From NCBI GenBank assembly GCA_018058685.1, contig JAGOZL010000001.1, positions 2,152 through 66,151 of the forward strand: a DNA stretch of 64,000 nucleotides. The letters run 5' to 3'. Shown here piece after piece: positions 20,394 through 33,107 of the stretch. This DNA comes from Sulfurospirillum sp. (GTDB lineage Bacteria; Campylobacterota; Campylobacteria; Campylobacterales; Sulfurospirillaceae). Under the pieces are notes generated by a model. It did not search any database. It was not told the DNA's origin and saw only the letters and a list, made by a program, of their open reading frames with translations. The position numbers were made by a program, and so were the translations under genes. The first letter of the stretch is position 1; each line of letters begins with the position of its first letter.

Positions 20394-21314
20394 ATGCGTG
20401 TTATTTTTATGGGAACTCCTTCATATGCCACAACAATTTTAAAAGCGTTGGTTCAAGATAGCAGTATAAAAGTTCCTCTTCTTATTACCCAAGAAGATAA
20501 ACCGGTAGGACGTAAACAGACATTAACACCTCCTGATACAAAAGCATGGGTGATGCAAGAAGGATTGGGAATAGAAGTCTATCAACCCAAATCATTGCGC
20601 ACTGAAGAAGCTTATGCAAAAATAATTTCGTATCAACCTGATGTTATTGTCGTGGCTGCTTACGGTAAACTTTTGCCAAAATCGATTTTAGAAATAGCTC
20701 CTTGTATTAATTTACATGCTTCTTTGCTTCCAAAATATCGAGGTGCAAGTCCCATTCAATCTACGCTTTTAGAAGGCGAAGCTTATGCGGGTGTGACATC
20801 TATGCTGATGGAAGAAGGGCTTGATACGGGAGCGATGCTAGGTTTTTCCTATCATTGTATTGGCGAAGTCGAGACATCCAAAGAGCTTTTTGACATACTC
20901 GCTCATCATGCTGCGCGCTTAACGCTTGTAACATTAGAACATTTTAACTCTCTATCACCTATAAAACAACAAGAGATGCATGCAACACATTGTAAGAAAA
21001 TTAAAAAAGAAGATGGCGAAGTCTCTTTTGAAAACGATGCACGCTATCTTATGCAAAAATTTCGAGCACTAACTCCTTGGCCAGGTGTTTTTTTGGACTC
21101 TGGACTAAAGTTGATTGAAATAAGCATTGTAGATGAAAATACGCTCCATGATGAAACAGGTCTTATCACTTCTATTTCAAAAGAAGGTATTGTTGTTACA
21201 TGTAAAAGAGGCTCTTTAGTGCTAAAGCAGGTGCAACCATCATCAAAAAATGCAATGAAAGCAAGTGATTATATCCGTGGTAAAAGGCTTGAATGTGGTG
21301 ATAGACTGGCGTGA
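20394..21314 (+). CDS. fmt: Methionyl-tRNA formyltransferase
   Basis: MRVIFMGTP, DKPVGR, INLHASLLPKYRGASPIQ. Confidence 0.96.
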   Translation: MRVIFMGTPSYATTILKALVQDSSIKVPLLITQEDKPVGRKQTLTPPDTKAWVMQEGLGIEVYQPKSLRTEEAYAKIISYQPDVIVVAAYGKLLPKSILEIAPCINLHASLLPKYRGASPIQSTLLEGEAYAGVTSMLMEEGLDTGAMLGFSYHCIGEVETSKELFDILAHHAARLTLVTLEHFNSLSPIKQQEMHATHCKKIKKEDGEVSFENDARYLMQKFRALTPWPGVFLDSGLKLIEISIVDENTLHDETGLITSISKEGIVVTCKRGSLVLKQVQPSSKNAMKASDYIRGKRLECGDRLA

Positions 21315-21930
21315 AGAAATTCCTTCAACACACCAATATGTCATTGAAGGATTAAAGAGCGGTACACTTTGTGCACCTTATGCCATCGGTGCAGATATCC
21401 AAACACAAGGGATTGGAAGCCGAGGAAATTGTTGGATTGGGGAAAAAGGCAACTTGTTTTTCTCTGTTTGTGTAGAAGAGAAACACTTACCCTCTGATTT
21501 ACCATTAGCCTCTATTTCTATCTATTTTTCAGCTTTGACCAAGCAGATTTTAGAAGAGAAAGGCTCGAAAGTATGGCTTAAATGGCCTAATGATTTTTAC
21601 CTCGAAGAGAAGAAAGTTGGAGGTATGATTACGACAAAAATTGGGTCTCACATCGTAGGCTCGATTGGGCTTAATCTTGTTTGCGCACCCTTGGAATTTG
21701 GCGTTTTAGATATTCACATTACACCTAAAGCTATTGCGTTACTTTTAGTTGAAGCTATTGAAAAGAAAATGACGTGGAAGAAAGTTTTTAGTAAATATAA
21801 GATAGAATTTTATAAAAACGAAGCTTTTACATTTCATTTGGATGGAAAAGTGGTCTCCTTGCGTGATGCAGTACTAAACGATGATGGATCAATTGTGTTA
21901 GAAAACAAAAAGGTGTATAGTCTACGATGA
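21295..21930 (+). CDS. birA: Biotin--[acetyl-CoA-carboxylase] ligase
   Basis: QTQGIGSRGNCW, KWPND, KKVGG; exact start uncertain (GTG at 21295 or 21298). Confidence 0.9.
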   Translation: MVIDWREEIPSTHQYVIEGLKSGTLCAPYAIGADIQTQGIGSRGNCWIGEKGNLFFSVCVEEKHLPSDLPLASISIYFSALTKQILEEKGSKVWLKWPNDFYLEEKKVGGMITTKIGSHIVGSIGLNLVCAPLEFGVLDIHITPKAIALLLVEAIEKKMTWKKVFSKYKIEFYKNEAFTFHLDGKVVSLRDAVLNDDGSIVLENKKVYSLR

Positions 21931-22712
21931 GCGAAATTATAGCAATAGCAAATCAAAAAGGCGGTGTTGGTAAAACAACCACTGCTATTAATTTGGCTGC
22001 TTCTTTAGCAGTGGCAGAGAAGAAGGTATTGTTGATCGACATTGATCCTCAAGCAAATGCAACGACAGGGCTTGGATTTCATAGAAGTGACTATGAATAT
22101 AATATTTACCATGTACTTATCGGACGAAAACGCCTTTCCCAAGTGATTTTAGAGACATCTCTTCCTACGTTACATGTAGCACCATCGAATATTGGTCTTG
22201 TAGGTGTGGAAAAAGAGTTTTATGACAATAACACTAAAGGACGAGAGCTCATTTTGAAGACAAAAATTGAAGAGATTAAAGATCAGTATGATTATATCAT
22301 CATCGATTCTCCTCCCGCACTTGGAAGTATTACCATCAACGCTTTAAGTGCTGCAAACTCTGTTATCATTCCTATTCAGTGCGAATTTTTTGCGTTAGAA
22401 GGATTAGCACAACTTTTGAACACTGTGAAACTTATCAAAAAAACGATTAATCCAACGCTTGAAATTAAAGGTTTCTTGCCAACAATGTATAGTACACAAA
22501 ACAATCTCTCCAAGCAAGTCTTTGCGGATTTGAAAGAGCATTTTAAAAACAAACTGTTTGTCGATAAAGAGAGCGCTTCGTATGTGGTTATTCCTCGTAA
22601 TATTAAGCTTGCAGAGTCTCCAAGTTTTGGTAAACCTATTATTTTGTACGATGTCGAGTCTCCTGGATCAAAAGCGTATCAAAATCTTGCTAATTCTATT
22701 TTGGTGAGCTAA
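21927..22712 (+). CDS. parA: Chromosome partitioning ATPase ParA/Soj
   Basis: NQKGGVGKTTT, DIDPQANAT, IDSPPALG, LAESPSFG. Confidence 0.96.
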   Translation: MSEIIAIANQKGGVGKTTTAINLAASLAVAEKKVLLIDIDPQANATTGLGFHRSDYEYNIYHVLIGRKRLSQVILETSLPTLHVAPSNIGLVGVEKEFYDNNTKGRELILKTKIEEIKDQYDYIIIDSPPALGSITINALSAANSVIIPIQCEFFALEGLAQLLNTVKLIKKTINPTLEIKGFLPTMYSTQNNLSKQVFADLKEHFKNKLFVDKESASYVVIPRNIKLAESPSFGKPIILYDVESPGSKAYQNLANSILVS

Positions 22713-23582
22713 GTGATGAGCAGTAAAAAGGTATTAGGAAGAGGGCTTAGTGCTATTATTGAAGATGTGGAAGAAGCCTATAAACAAGATATTGAACAAG
22801 CAAAAGATTTAGTTCGTGAAATTGATATAGAACGCATTACCCCCAACCCTTATCAGCCACGCGTTCATTTTAATGAGATTGCGCTTCGCGAATTAAGTGA
22901 ATCAATTAAGCGTCACGGATTACTTCAACCTATCATTGTTGTTGCAAAAGATGATGGGTACATGCTTCTTGCAGGTGAGCGTCGTTTACGTGCAAGCAAA
23001 CTTGCAGGTTTTGCAAAAATCAAAGCAATTGTTGCAGATATTGAGTCTAAAAACTTACGAGAACTTGCTCTTATTGAAAATATTCAAAGAGAAGACCTCA
23101 ATCCTATTGAGCTTGCTGTCGCCTATAAAGAGCTTATTGAAGAGTATAAAATCACCCAAGAAGGTCTTTCTGAAATTATTCACAAAAGCCGTACACAAAT
23201 CACCAATACCATGAGACTTTTAAGTCTAAGTGAACAAACTAAAAAATATCTCTCAGATGGCATTCTCTCCCAAGGTCATGGAAAAGTACTTGTAGGACTT
23301 GAACCTAAAGAAGAAGAGATGGTTGTCAATACAATTTTGGGTCAGAAGTTAAGTGTGCGTGAGACAGAGTTGCTCGTTAAGAAAATGAAAAATAGTGATG
23401 AAAATAACGGTAAAAAATTAACGACCGATAAAGAGAGTCTTACCCAAAATATGATAGGACTTCAAAGTAAGCTTAATGCTCTTGGATTGGAAGTTAAAGC
23501 TAAGAGCCATGCGATTACCATTCATTTTAAAAACAGTGAAGCCATTGATACATTTTTAGAGCAATTGGAAAAAATCGGTTAA
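22713..23582 (+). CDS. parB: Chromosome partitioning protein ParB/Spo0J
   Basis: LGRGLSA, NPYQPR, AGERRLRA, LIENIQREDL, HTH. Confidence 0.96.
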   Translation: MMSSKKVLGRGLSAIIEDVEEAYKQDIEQAKDLVREIDIERITPNPYQPRVHFNEIALRELSESIKRHGLLQPIIVVAKDDGYMLLAGERRLRASKLAGFAKIKAIVADIESKNLRELALIENIQREDLNPIELAVAYKELIEEYKITQEGLSEIIHKSRTQITNTMRLLSLSEQTKKYLSDGILSQGHGKVLVGLEPKEEEMVVNTILGQKLSVRETELLVKKMKNSDENNGKKLTTDKESLTQNMIGLQSKLNALGLEVKAKSHAITIHFKNSEAIDTFLEQLEKIG

Positions 23583-23713
23583 TTTTCTTTTTCATTTAAT
23601 AAACTCTTTTCCTTAATTATGTTAAAATTCGCACGTTTTTAAACTTAGATAAATTTTCGTTTGTAATAAAATTTTAAAAATTGAGTATTATCTCGACCAA
23701 AGGAGTAAAAACT

Positions 23714-24136
23714 ATGTTGGATATCATACCAGCACTTCTGCTAGTGACTGGAACTGTTTTCTTGGTTTTGTTGATTATTTTAAACAAAGCCCTTTATCAA
23801 CCGTTAATAGCATTTATTGACAATAGGAATAATGCTATCAATCGTGATTTAGAGAATGCAGGAAAAAATGCTAGCGATGTTGCGGCTTACTATAAAGAAG
23901 TAGAAGCTATTATCGCTGAGGGAAAGTTAGAAGCTTCGCGTATTAAAGAAGTAGCTATTAATGAGGCGAAAGAGAAAGCATTGCAAAAAATTGAGCAAAA
24001 GAGAGCTGAATTAGATAATCAAAGCGAAATCTTTTTGAAAAAATTAGAATCTGACAGAGTGGACTTTAAAAATCACTTGTTAGCGCAAATGCCTTTGTTT
24101 AAAGAAGGCGTTGCAACTAAACTAAGTCATATTTAA
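23714..24136 (+). CDS. atpF': ATP synthase F0 subunit b'
   Basis: N-terminal TM helix then coiled coil; AGGAG RBS before ATG 23714; first gene of the atp cluster. Confidence 0.88.
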   Translation: MLDIIPALLLVTGTVFLVLLIILNKALYQPLIAFIDNRNNAINRDLENAGKNASDVAAYYKEVEAIIAEGKLEASRIKEVAINEAKEKALQKIEQKRAELDNQSEIFLKKLESDRVDFKNHLLAQMPLFKEGVATKLSHI

Positions 24137-24146
24137 GGAAAAAAGC

Positions 24147-24662
24147 ATGAATAATATAAGATATCTTTTATTGTTAGCTGCTCCTGCAATTCTTTTAGCA
24201 AGTGGTGGTTCTGGTGGACCAACAGATATTATACCAAGAGCTATTAACTTTACGATTTTTGCTGCAATTTTATATTACTTTGTAGCAGGCGCTGCAAAAC
24301 AATTTTATTTTGGTCGTAAAGATGCAATTGCTCAAAAATTAGATTCAATTCAAATGAAATTAAGAGAGTCTAATAGTAAAAAAGAAGAAGCATTGCAAAA
24401 AGTCGAAGAAGCGAAAGTCACTGTGCGTGCTTTAATTGAAACAGCAAAAAAAGAAGCTGTGATGATGAGTGAAAAAATTGCAGTAGATGCAAATACTGAA
24501 ATCGAAAATCTTGAAAAAGCCATGCATGATAAAGTGAAAATTGAAGAACGTCAAATGCAACGTGCTATTGTCAATGAAATTTTAGATGAACTCTTTAAAG
24601 AGGGTTCTGTAGCACTAGATGAAAATGAAATGATTAATATCATTAATAAGAAGGTGGCATAA
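24147..24662 (+). CDS. atpF: ATP synthase F0 subunit b
   Basis: TDIIPRAINFTIFAAILYY plus coiled coil. Confidence 0.9.
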   Translation: MNNIRYLLLLAAPAILLASGGSGGPTDIIPRAINFTIFAAILYYFVAGAAKQFYFGRKDAIAQKLDSIQMKLRESNSKKEEALQKVEEAKVTVRALIETAKKEAVMMSEKIAVDANTEIENLEKAMHDKVKIEERQMQRAIVNEILDELFKEGSVALDENEMINIINKKVA

Positions 24663-25192
24663 TGAGTACAGCAATTGCAAAAAAATATGTCAATGCTCTT
24701 ATGGAAAGTTGTAATGAAAAGGAACTTTCACACATTCATGGTGCATTAGCTCAAGTAGCCGAGGCATTTAAGATAACCAAATTTAATAATATTGTTCTTT
24801 CTCCCGATGTTTCTCAGGCGGATAAAGAAAATTTAGTGCTTTCTTTGATTGATATCAATGAATCAAAATTTTCAAACTTTATTAAACTGATTGTATTAAA
24901 TGATCGTTTAGGATTGATTCCTTTGATTGCAAAAGAACTTAATTATCAAATCTCTTTGAAAAAGAATGTATTTGAAGGTGAAGTTTTGAGTAATTTCAAA
25001 ATAACACCAGCTCAAATAGCAACGCTAGAAGAGAATTTTGGTAAAAAGTTTAATGCAAAAGTCAAGTTACATCCATCGCAAAATAGTTATCCAGGAATTA
25101 AAATAGCTTTGGATGACTTGGGTGTAGAGGTGAGTTTCTCATTAGAGCGTTTGAAAGCTCAAATGAGTGAACATATTTTAAAAGCAATATAA
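24662..25192 (+). CDS. atpH: ATP synthase F1 delta subunit
   Basis: IAKKYVNAL start; operon position. Confidence 0.9.
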   Translation: MSTAIAKKYVNALMESCNEKELSHIHGALAQVAEAFKITKFNNIVLSPDVSQADKENLVLSLIDINESKFSNFIKLIVLNDRLGLIPLIAKELNYQISLKKNVFEGEVLSNFKITPAQIATLEENFGKKFNAKVKLHPSQNSYPGIKIALDDLGVEVSFSLERLKAQMSEHILKAI

Positions 25193-25222
25193 AATAAATA
25201 AAAGAATGTTAAGGAGTTGTTT

Positions 25223-26740
25223 GTGGGAGCAAAAATGAAAGCTGATGAAATCAGTTCAATCATTAAAGAGCGTATCGAGAACTTTGAACTAAACGTAGAC
25301 ATTGAAGAGACAGGTAAAGTTATTTCTGTTGCTGATGGTGTTGCTAACGTTTATGGCTTGAAGAATGTTATGGCTGGTGAAATGGTTGAGTTCGAAAATG
25401 GTGAAAGAGGTATGGCACTTAACTTGGAAGAGGCAAGTGTTGGTATCGTTGTTCTTGGTAGCAGTAATGCTATTAAAGAGGGCTCATCTGTAAAGCGTTT
25501 AGCCAAACTTTTACGTGTACCTGTTGGTGAAGCACTTGTTGGACGTGTTGTTAACTCATTAGGTGATCCAATTGATGCAAAAGGTCCAATTAACGCAACT
25601 GAGACACGTTTCGTTGAAGAAAAAGCACATGGTATCATGGCTCGTAAATCAGTTCATGAACCACTTCAAACCGGTATTAAAGCGATTGATGCCCTCGTAC
25701 CCATTGGTAGAGGACAAAGAGAGCTTATTATTGGTGATAGACAAACCGGTAAAACAACGATTGCGATTGATACCATTATTAACCAAAAAGGTCAAAACGT
25801 TACATGTATTTATGTAGCTATTGGTCAAAAACAATCAACGGTTGCTCAAGTTGTAAAAAAACTTGAAGAACACGGTGCGATGGACTATACCATTATTGTA
25901 AACGCTGGGGCGAGTGATTCTGCTGCAATGCAATTTCTAGCTCCTTATGCGGGTGTTTCTATGGGTGAATATTTTAGAGACAGTGGTAAACACGCATTGA
26001 TCGTTTATGATGATCTTTCAAAACATGCGGTTGCTTACCGTGAGATGTCATTGATTTTACGTCGTCCTCCGGGTCGTGAAGCGTACCCAGGTGACGTTTT
26101 TTATCTCCACTCCAGACTTCTTGAGCGTGCAGCGAAAGTTAATGATGAGTTAGGTGCAGGTTCACTTACAGCACTTCCAATTATCGAAACACAAGCGGGT
26201 GACGTTTCAGCATATATTCCAACAAACGTTATTTCAATTACAGATGGTCAAATTTTCTTGGAATCTGACCTCTTTAACTCAGGTATCCGTCCAGCGATTA
26301 ACGTTGGTCTCTCCGTTTCACGTGTTGGTGGCGCTGCTCAGATTAAAGCAACCAAACAAGTAGCAGGTACTATGAGACTTGATCTTGCTCAGTACCGTGA
26401 ACTTCAAGCATTTGCGCAGTTTGCAAGTGATCTTGATGAATCAAGCCGTAAACAACTTGAGCGTGGACAAAGAATGGTTGAATTATTGAAACAACCTCCG
26501 TATGCTCCAATTCCTGTTGAAAAACAAATTTTGATTATTTTTGCAGGTGCCAAAGGTTACCTAGATAGTATTGATGTTAAATCAGTAGGCCGTTTTGAAT
26601 CTGAACTCAAATCATTTATTGAAGCGAGATATCCAGAGATTATTGAACAGCTTCAAGCTAAAAAAGCAATCGATAAAGAACTTGAAGAACTATTACATAA
26701 GGCAATTGGCGAGTTTAAAGCAACCTTTGCAGTTAAGTAA
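25223..26740 (+). CDS. atpA: ATP synthase F1 alpha subunit
   Basis: [32 protein letters not shown]. Confidence 0.98.
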   Translation: MGAKMKADEISSIIKERIENFELNVDIEETGKVISVADGVANVYGLKNVMAGEMVEFENGERGMALNLEEASVGIVVLGSSNAIKEGSSVKRLAKLLRVPVGEALVGRVVNSLGDPIDAKGPINATETRFVEEKAHGIMARKSVHEPLQTGIKAIDALVPIGRGQRELIIGDRQTGKTTIAIDTIINQKGQNVTCIYVAIGQKQSTVAQVVKKLEEHGAMDYTIIVNAGASDSAAMQFLAPYAGVSMGEYFRDSGKHALIVYDDLSKHAVAYREMSLILRRPPGREAYPGDVFYLHSRLLERAAKVNDELGAGSLTALPIIETQAGDVSAYIPTNVISITDGQIFLESDLFNSGIRPAINVGLSVSRVGGAAQIKATKQVAGTMRLDLAQYRELQAFAQFASDLDESSRKQLERGQRMVELLKQPPYAPIPVEKQILIIFAGAKGYLDSIDVKSVGRFESELKSFIEARYPEIIEQLQAKKAIDKELEELLHKAIGEFKATFAVK

Positions 26741-26749
26741 GGATAAGCC

Positions 26750-29064
<2,315 letters not shown>

Positions 29065-29085
29065 TATAAGCCACAAGGTAAAACG

Positions 29086-29481
29086 ATGAATACATTAAAA
29101 TTGGAAATTGTTACTCCTGAGGGTCAGATTTTTTCCAACAATGTTAAGAGTGTTACATTGCCTGGTAGTGAAGGTGAATTTGGTGTTTTACCAAATCACG
29201 CTTCACTTGTAACTCTTTTAAATGCGGGAATTATTGATATTGAACTTGGAGATGGTAATCATGACGTTGTCGCTATCAATTGGGGACATGTCAAAGTAGA
29301 TGAAAATTCTGTCACAGTACTCGCTGATGGTGCTGTCTCAATTGGCGGTAGCAGTGAGAGTGAAATTGCAAAGTCATTAGATGCGGCAAAAGAACTTTTA
29401 AAAAGTATTGGAGATTCTGATATTGCTATTGCTATTGCAACATCACGAATTGAAGCTATTACAAAAACACGAAAGCTTTAG
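29086..29481 (+). CDS. atpC: ATP synthase F1 epsilon subunit
   Basis: LEIVTPEG, PGSEGEFGVLPNHA. Confidence 0.96.
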   Translation: MNTLKLEIVTPEGQIFSNNVKSVTLPGSEGEFGVLPNHASLVTLLNAGIIDIELGDGNHDVVAINWGHVKVDENSVTVLADGAVSIGGSSESEIAKSLDAAKELLKSIGDSDIAIAIATSRIEAITKTRKL

Positions 29482-29487
29482 TAAACT

Positions 29488-30075
29488 ATGTCTGGAATCG
29501 ATATTGCATTAAATTTTGCCTCACGTAGTGGTTTTTTTACATGGGTTATTATGATTTGGCTTTCCATCTATTTTATCATTACATTTGGTATTTTATTTGG
29601 AAGATATATGTATTTAAACCATTGGCTTTCTATTGAGAAAAGTTCGCTAGAATCTATGCTAATGGGAGCTCGTAATGTAAGAGATGACTCTATTTTACGT
29701 AGATGTTCTGGGGCGTCAATACATTCAGAAAAACTATTAAATGTATGCAAAAATGTTGCTGAAAAAAATGCTACGAGTGGTTTTTGGATGCTTTCAATTA
29801 TTGCTTCTACGGCTCCTTTCATTGGACTTTTTGGAACAGTCGTTTCTATTTTAGAAACATTTAGTGGATTAGGGCAATCAGGAAGTGCTTCTTTAGGTGT
29901 TATTGCCCCAGCCATCAGTGAAGCGCTTGTGGCAACGGCTGCTGGTATTTTTGTTGCAATTCCTGCGTATAGTGCTAACTTGTTTTTACGAAGAAAAGCG
30001 TATGAAGTGATTGTTTATGTACAAAGAGAAGTCGATATTTTACTCTCCAATAATGAAAATAAAAAAGAGAGCTAA
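29488..30075 (+). CDS. tolQ: TolQ/ExbB/MotA-family proton channel
   Basis: APFIGLFGTV, IAPAISEALVATAAGIFVAIPA; lies in the tol-pal cluster. Confidence 0.85.
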   Translation: MSGIDIALNFASRSGFFTWVIMIWLSIYFIITFGILFGRYMYLNHWLSIEKSSLESMLMGARNVRDDSILRRCSGASIHSEKLLNVCKNVAEKNATSGFWMLSIIASTAPFIGLFGTVVSILETFSGLGQSGSASLGVIAPAISEALVATAAGIFVAIPAYSANLFLRRKAYEVIVYVQREVDILLSNNENKKES

Positions 30076-30468
30076 ATGACCAGTCAATTAGATGAAGTTC
30101 CAGAACTAAATATTACGCCACTTGTTGATATTATGTTGGTGTTGCTTGCCATTTTAATGGTAACGACACCAGCGCTTGTGTATGAAGAAGTCATTAAACT
30201 GCCTGATGGAAGTAAGTCTTCAGTGGTTAATAAGCTTCCAGAATTAGAAGTACGCGTTACTAAAGATCGTAAAGTCTATCTTAAAAATGATAGTTTTTTA
30301 CTTTCAGAATTTCCTGACAACTTTACGATGCAAAAAAGTAAATATCCACTTAAAAGTATTGTCTATATCAAAGCTGACGAAGGACTATCCTATAAAGATG
30401 TCATGTTCGTACTCAAAACGATTAAACAGGCAGGATTTACGAACATATCGTTAGAAACCAATGGATAG
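30076..30468 (+). CDS. tolR: TolR/ExbD-family protein
   Basis: LNITPLVDIMLVLL, IKAD. Confidence 0.85.
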   Translation: MTSQLDEVPELNITPLVDIMLVLLAILMVTTPALVYEEVIKLPDGSKSSVVNKLPELEVRVTKDRKVYLKNDSFLLSEFPDNFTMQKSKYPLKSIVYIKADEGLSYKDVMFVLKTIKQAGFTNISLETNG

Positions 30469-30473
30469 TTAAC

Positions 30474-31256
30474 GTGTCGAATGTAAATAAATACGCCTCT
30501 TTAGGATGGATACTATCTATCTTACTCTATGTTGTCTTGTTGATTTTTTTTATTTATCTGGTCATTCATCAAAAAAAAACCAATGAAAACTATACTTCAA
30601 AAAAAGATGAACTTTTACATGTAAGCTTGGTTGAGCGCAAAAAAAATGATTCTGATAAGATGAAAGAAGAGCGTAAAAAAGTAGAAGTTGAAAAACCTGT
30701 TGAACAACCAAAACCTGCTGAAAAACCAAGTGAAGAGAAAAAAACAGCCTCTTCTCCCAAAGAAGCAGTGAAAAGTACTTCGTTAAGAGGTTTGTTTGAA
30801 GATATCAATACATCAAAACTTCCTCCAGATGCAAAAGAACAAAAAAAAGACCAAACACCAAGAACGCGTGTGAAACCAAATCAAGAAGAAACTAAGCAAA
30901 AGAGCGAAGATGTCGCATCAAAAATTGCAAACTCACTCAATTTCGCTGAACAAAAACATTTGATTGATACAAAACGGGATGGTAAATTTGATCCTTTTAT
31001 CGGAAAAGTACAAGAAATACTTGAGGAAAATTGGCAAAAGACTGTTGATACGGAAAGCGGTAATGTAGCAAAAGTGCTTATAAAAGTAAGTGATAAAGGA
31101 GCTTTTAGTTATAAAATAGTTTCTTTGTCTTATAATAATGACTTCAATACCAAGCTCAAAGAGTTCCTAAAAACGATGGAGGGAGAAGAGTTCCCAAAAT
31201 ACGACAAAGGGCCACTTTTTGAGATGCAGGTTGATTTTAAAGATATTATGGAGTAA
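30474..31256 (+). CDS. TolA/TonB C-terminal domain protein
   Basis: N-terminal TM helix, Lys/Glu/Pro-rich linker, C-terminal domain; lies between tolR and tolB. Confidence 0.78.
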   Translation: MSNVNKYASLGWILSILLYVVLLIFFIYLVIHQKKTNENYTSKKDELLHVSLVERKKNDSDKMKEERKKVEVEKPVEQPKPAEKPSEEKKTASSPKEAVKSTSLRGLFEDINTSKLPPDAKEQKKDQTPRTRVKPNQEETKQKSEDVASKIANSLNFAEQKHLIDTKRDGKFDPFIGKVQEILEENWQKTVDTESGNVAKVLIKVSDKGAFSYKIVSLSYNNDFNTKLKEFLKTMEGEEFPKYDKGPLFEMQVDFKDIME

Positions 31257-31258
31257 AT

Positions 31259-32530
31259 ATGTTTTTTAAACACGTGTTTCTTTTTTTATGTGCATGTATT
31301 ATGAGTTTTGCAGCTGATGCAACCGTTGAGATTGTTAAAAAAATAGACGTTTTACCAAAAATTGCTATCCAAGATGCAAGTCCAAAAAACGTTGATTTAG
31401 AGTTTAGAAAAAGTCTTTTTAAACTTATTGCAGGTGATTTACGTGTGAGTAGTCATTTTCGTGTTGAAGATGAGTACCTTCAAAGCAGCTATGAAGGTGG
31501 TCCTATTGAAAATTTTCTCTCCGATAAAAAAGTAGATTTAATTTTACGCTTTAGTGCGACACAAGATTTGAATAGTGCTTCTGCTAATGTAAAACTAATC
31601 AACGCTCGAACGGGGACAACAACTTCTGAACGCTCTTACGTTTTGAACGATAAAAAAAGGTATCCTTTTTTAGCACATAAAATAGTCTCAGAAGCGAATG
31701 ACCAAATTGGCGCTCCTTCAATTAAGTGGATGGAACAATCTGTTTTATTCGCGCGCTACACAGAAGCGAAAAAAAGTGAAATTGTTCTTTCAGATTATAC
31801 ACTGACCTATCAGAAAGTTATGGTAACGGGAGGACTTAATATTTTCCCAAAATGGGGGAATGAAGAGCAAAATATTTTTTATTATACTTCGTACAATGGA
31901 GCTGAACCTGCTGTTTATAAATATGATTTGAAAGATGGTAGTCGAAGAAGTATTATATCGAGCTCTGGTATGGTTGTTTGTTCAGATGTATCCAAAGATG
32001 GTAAAAAATTACTTTTAACTATGGCACCTAAAGATCAAACTGATATTTATTTGTATGATTTGCAAACAAAGAAAATTCAAAAAATTACTGAGTATTCAGG
32101 AATTGACGTGAATGGAAATTTTATAGATAATGACCAGAGAATAGTCTTTGTTTCAGATAGACTAGGGTATGCTAATGTTTTTGCACAAGGTATTAATGAT
32201 AAAAATGTAGAGCAAATGGTATATCACGGTAAAAACAACAATTCAGCATCAGCATATGATAATTATATTGTTTATTCAAGCAGAGAAGATAAAAGTGAGT
32301 TTGGACGAAATACGTTTAATCTTTATCTGATTTCTACAAAAACAGATTATATTAGGCAATTAACAGCAACAGGCGAGAACCTTTATCCTCGTTTTGCAAA
32401 AGATCCTGATACAATTATGTTTATTAAACAGTATCAAAATCAAAGTGCTTTAGGTATTGTGCGCCTAAATGCTAACAAAACGTATCATTTTCCGTTAAAA
32501 ACTGGTAAATTACAATCAATTGATTGGTAA
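31259..32530 (+). CDS. tolB: Tol-Pal system protein TolB
   Basis: Signal peptide and beta-propeller repeats (SKDGKKLL, VFVSDRLG). Confidence 0.92.
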   Translation: MFFKHVFLFLCACIMSFAADATVEIVKKIDVLPKIAIQDASPKNVDLEFRKSLFKLIAGDLRVSSHFRVEDEYLQSSYEGGPIENFLSDKKVDLILRFSATQDLNSASANVKLINARTGTTTSERSYVLNDKKRYPFLAHKIVSEANDQIGAPSIKWMEQSVLFARYTEAKKSEIVLSDYTLTYQKVMVTGGLNIFPKWGNEEQNIFYYTSYNGAEPAVYKYDLKDGSRRSIISSSGMVVCSDVSKDGKKLLLTMAPKDQTDIYLYDLQTKKIQKITEYSGIDVNGNFIDNDQRIVFVSDRLGYANVFAQGINDKNVEQMVYHGKNNNSASAYDNYIVYSSREDKSEFGRNTFNLYLISTKTDYIRQLTATGENLYPRFAKDPDTIMFIKQYQNQSALGIVRLNANKTYHFPLKTGKLQSIDW

Positions 32531-32545
32531 ATTTTAAAAAAAATG

Positions 32546-32554
32546 TGGTATAAT
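32546..32554 (+). promoter_or_regulatory. Extended -10 sigma70 promoter of pal
   Basis: TGGTATAAT about 40 bp upstream of the pal ATG. Confidence 0.6.
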
Positions 32555-32594
32555 TCCGAAGTTTTAAAAGTGAAACTTAAAAAAGGATCTAATA

Positions 32595-33098
32595 ATGGGT
32601 AAATTAGCTTTAACAAGCTTAGCGGTAGCAGTTTTGGTTTTGACTGGTTGTAGTCAAAAAAGTCCTGAAGTTGATATGACTAAAGGTACAGCAGGCGATA
32701 CAAAAGGCGCAACAAATGATGGCATGAGCGCATTACAAAAATTAATCGCTTCTTTAGAAGCTAATTCTAAAGTAATCTATTTTGATTTTGATAAATACAA
32801 TATCAGAAAAGATCAACAAGCTAACATCGATGCAAACGCTGCGTTGTTTAATTCTTCTGAAGCAAAAAGCTTTTCAATTAAAGTTGAAGGTAATTGTGAC
32901 GAATTCGGTACAGATGAATACAACTATGCACTTGGTCTTAAAAGAGCAAAAAGTGTTAAAGATGGCTTAGTCGCAAAAGGTATGAACGCTGATAGAGTTA
33001 CAGTAGTAAGCTATGGCGAGAGCAATCCTTCATGTACAGATCACAACAAAGCATGTTGGGATAAAAACAGAAGAGCAGAGTTCAAAGTACTTCCATAA
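32595..33098 (+). CDS. pal: Peptidoglycan-associated lipoprotein
   Basis: Lipobox LTGC, IYFDFDKY, EGNCDEFGTDEYNYALG, NRRAEF. Confidence 0.95.
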   Translation: MGKLALTSLAVAVLVLTGCSQKSPEVDMTKGTAGDTKGATNDGMSALQKLIASLEANSKVIYFDFDKYNIRKDQQANIDANAALFNSSEAKSFSIKVEGNCDEFGTDEYNYALGLKRAKSVKDGLVAKGMNADRVTVVSYGESNPSCTDHNKACWDKNRRAEFKVLP

Positions 33099-33107
33099 TT
33101 GTTATTT

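Noticed and set aside
26314-26329. Possible parS site (CGTTTCACGTGTTGGT) in atpA near parAB
   Set aside because: Only the left arm and centre match TGTTTCACGTGAAACA, and it encodes the conserved VSRVGG motif of AtpA. The iterated palindrome also differs from parS (centre ACATGT versus CACGTG).
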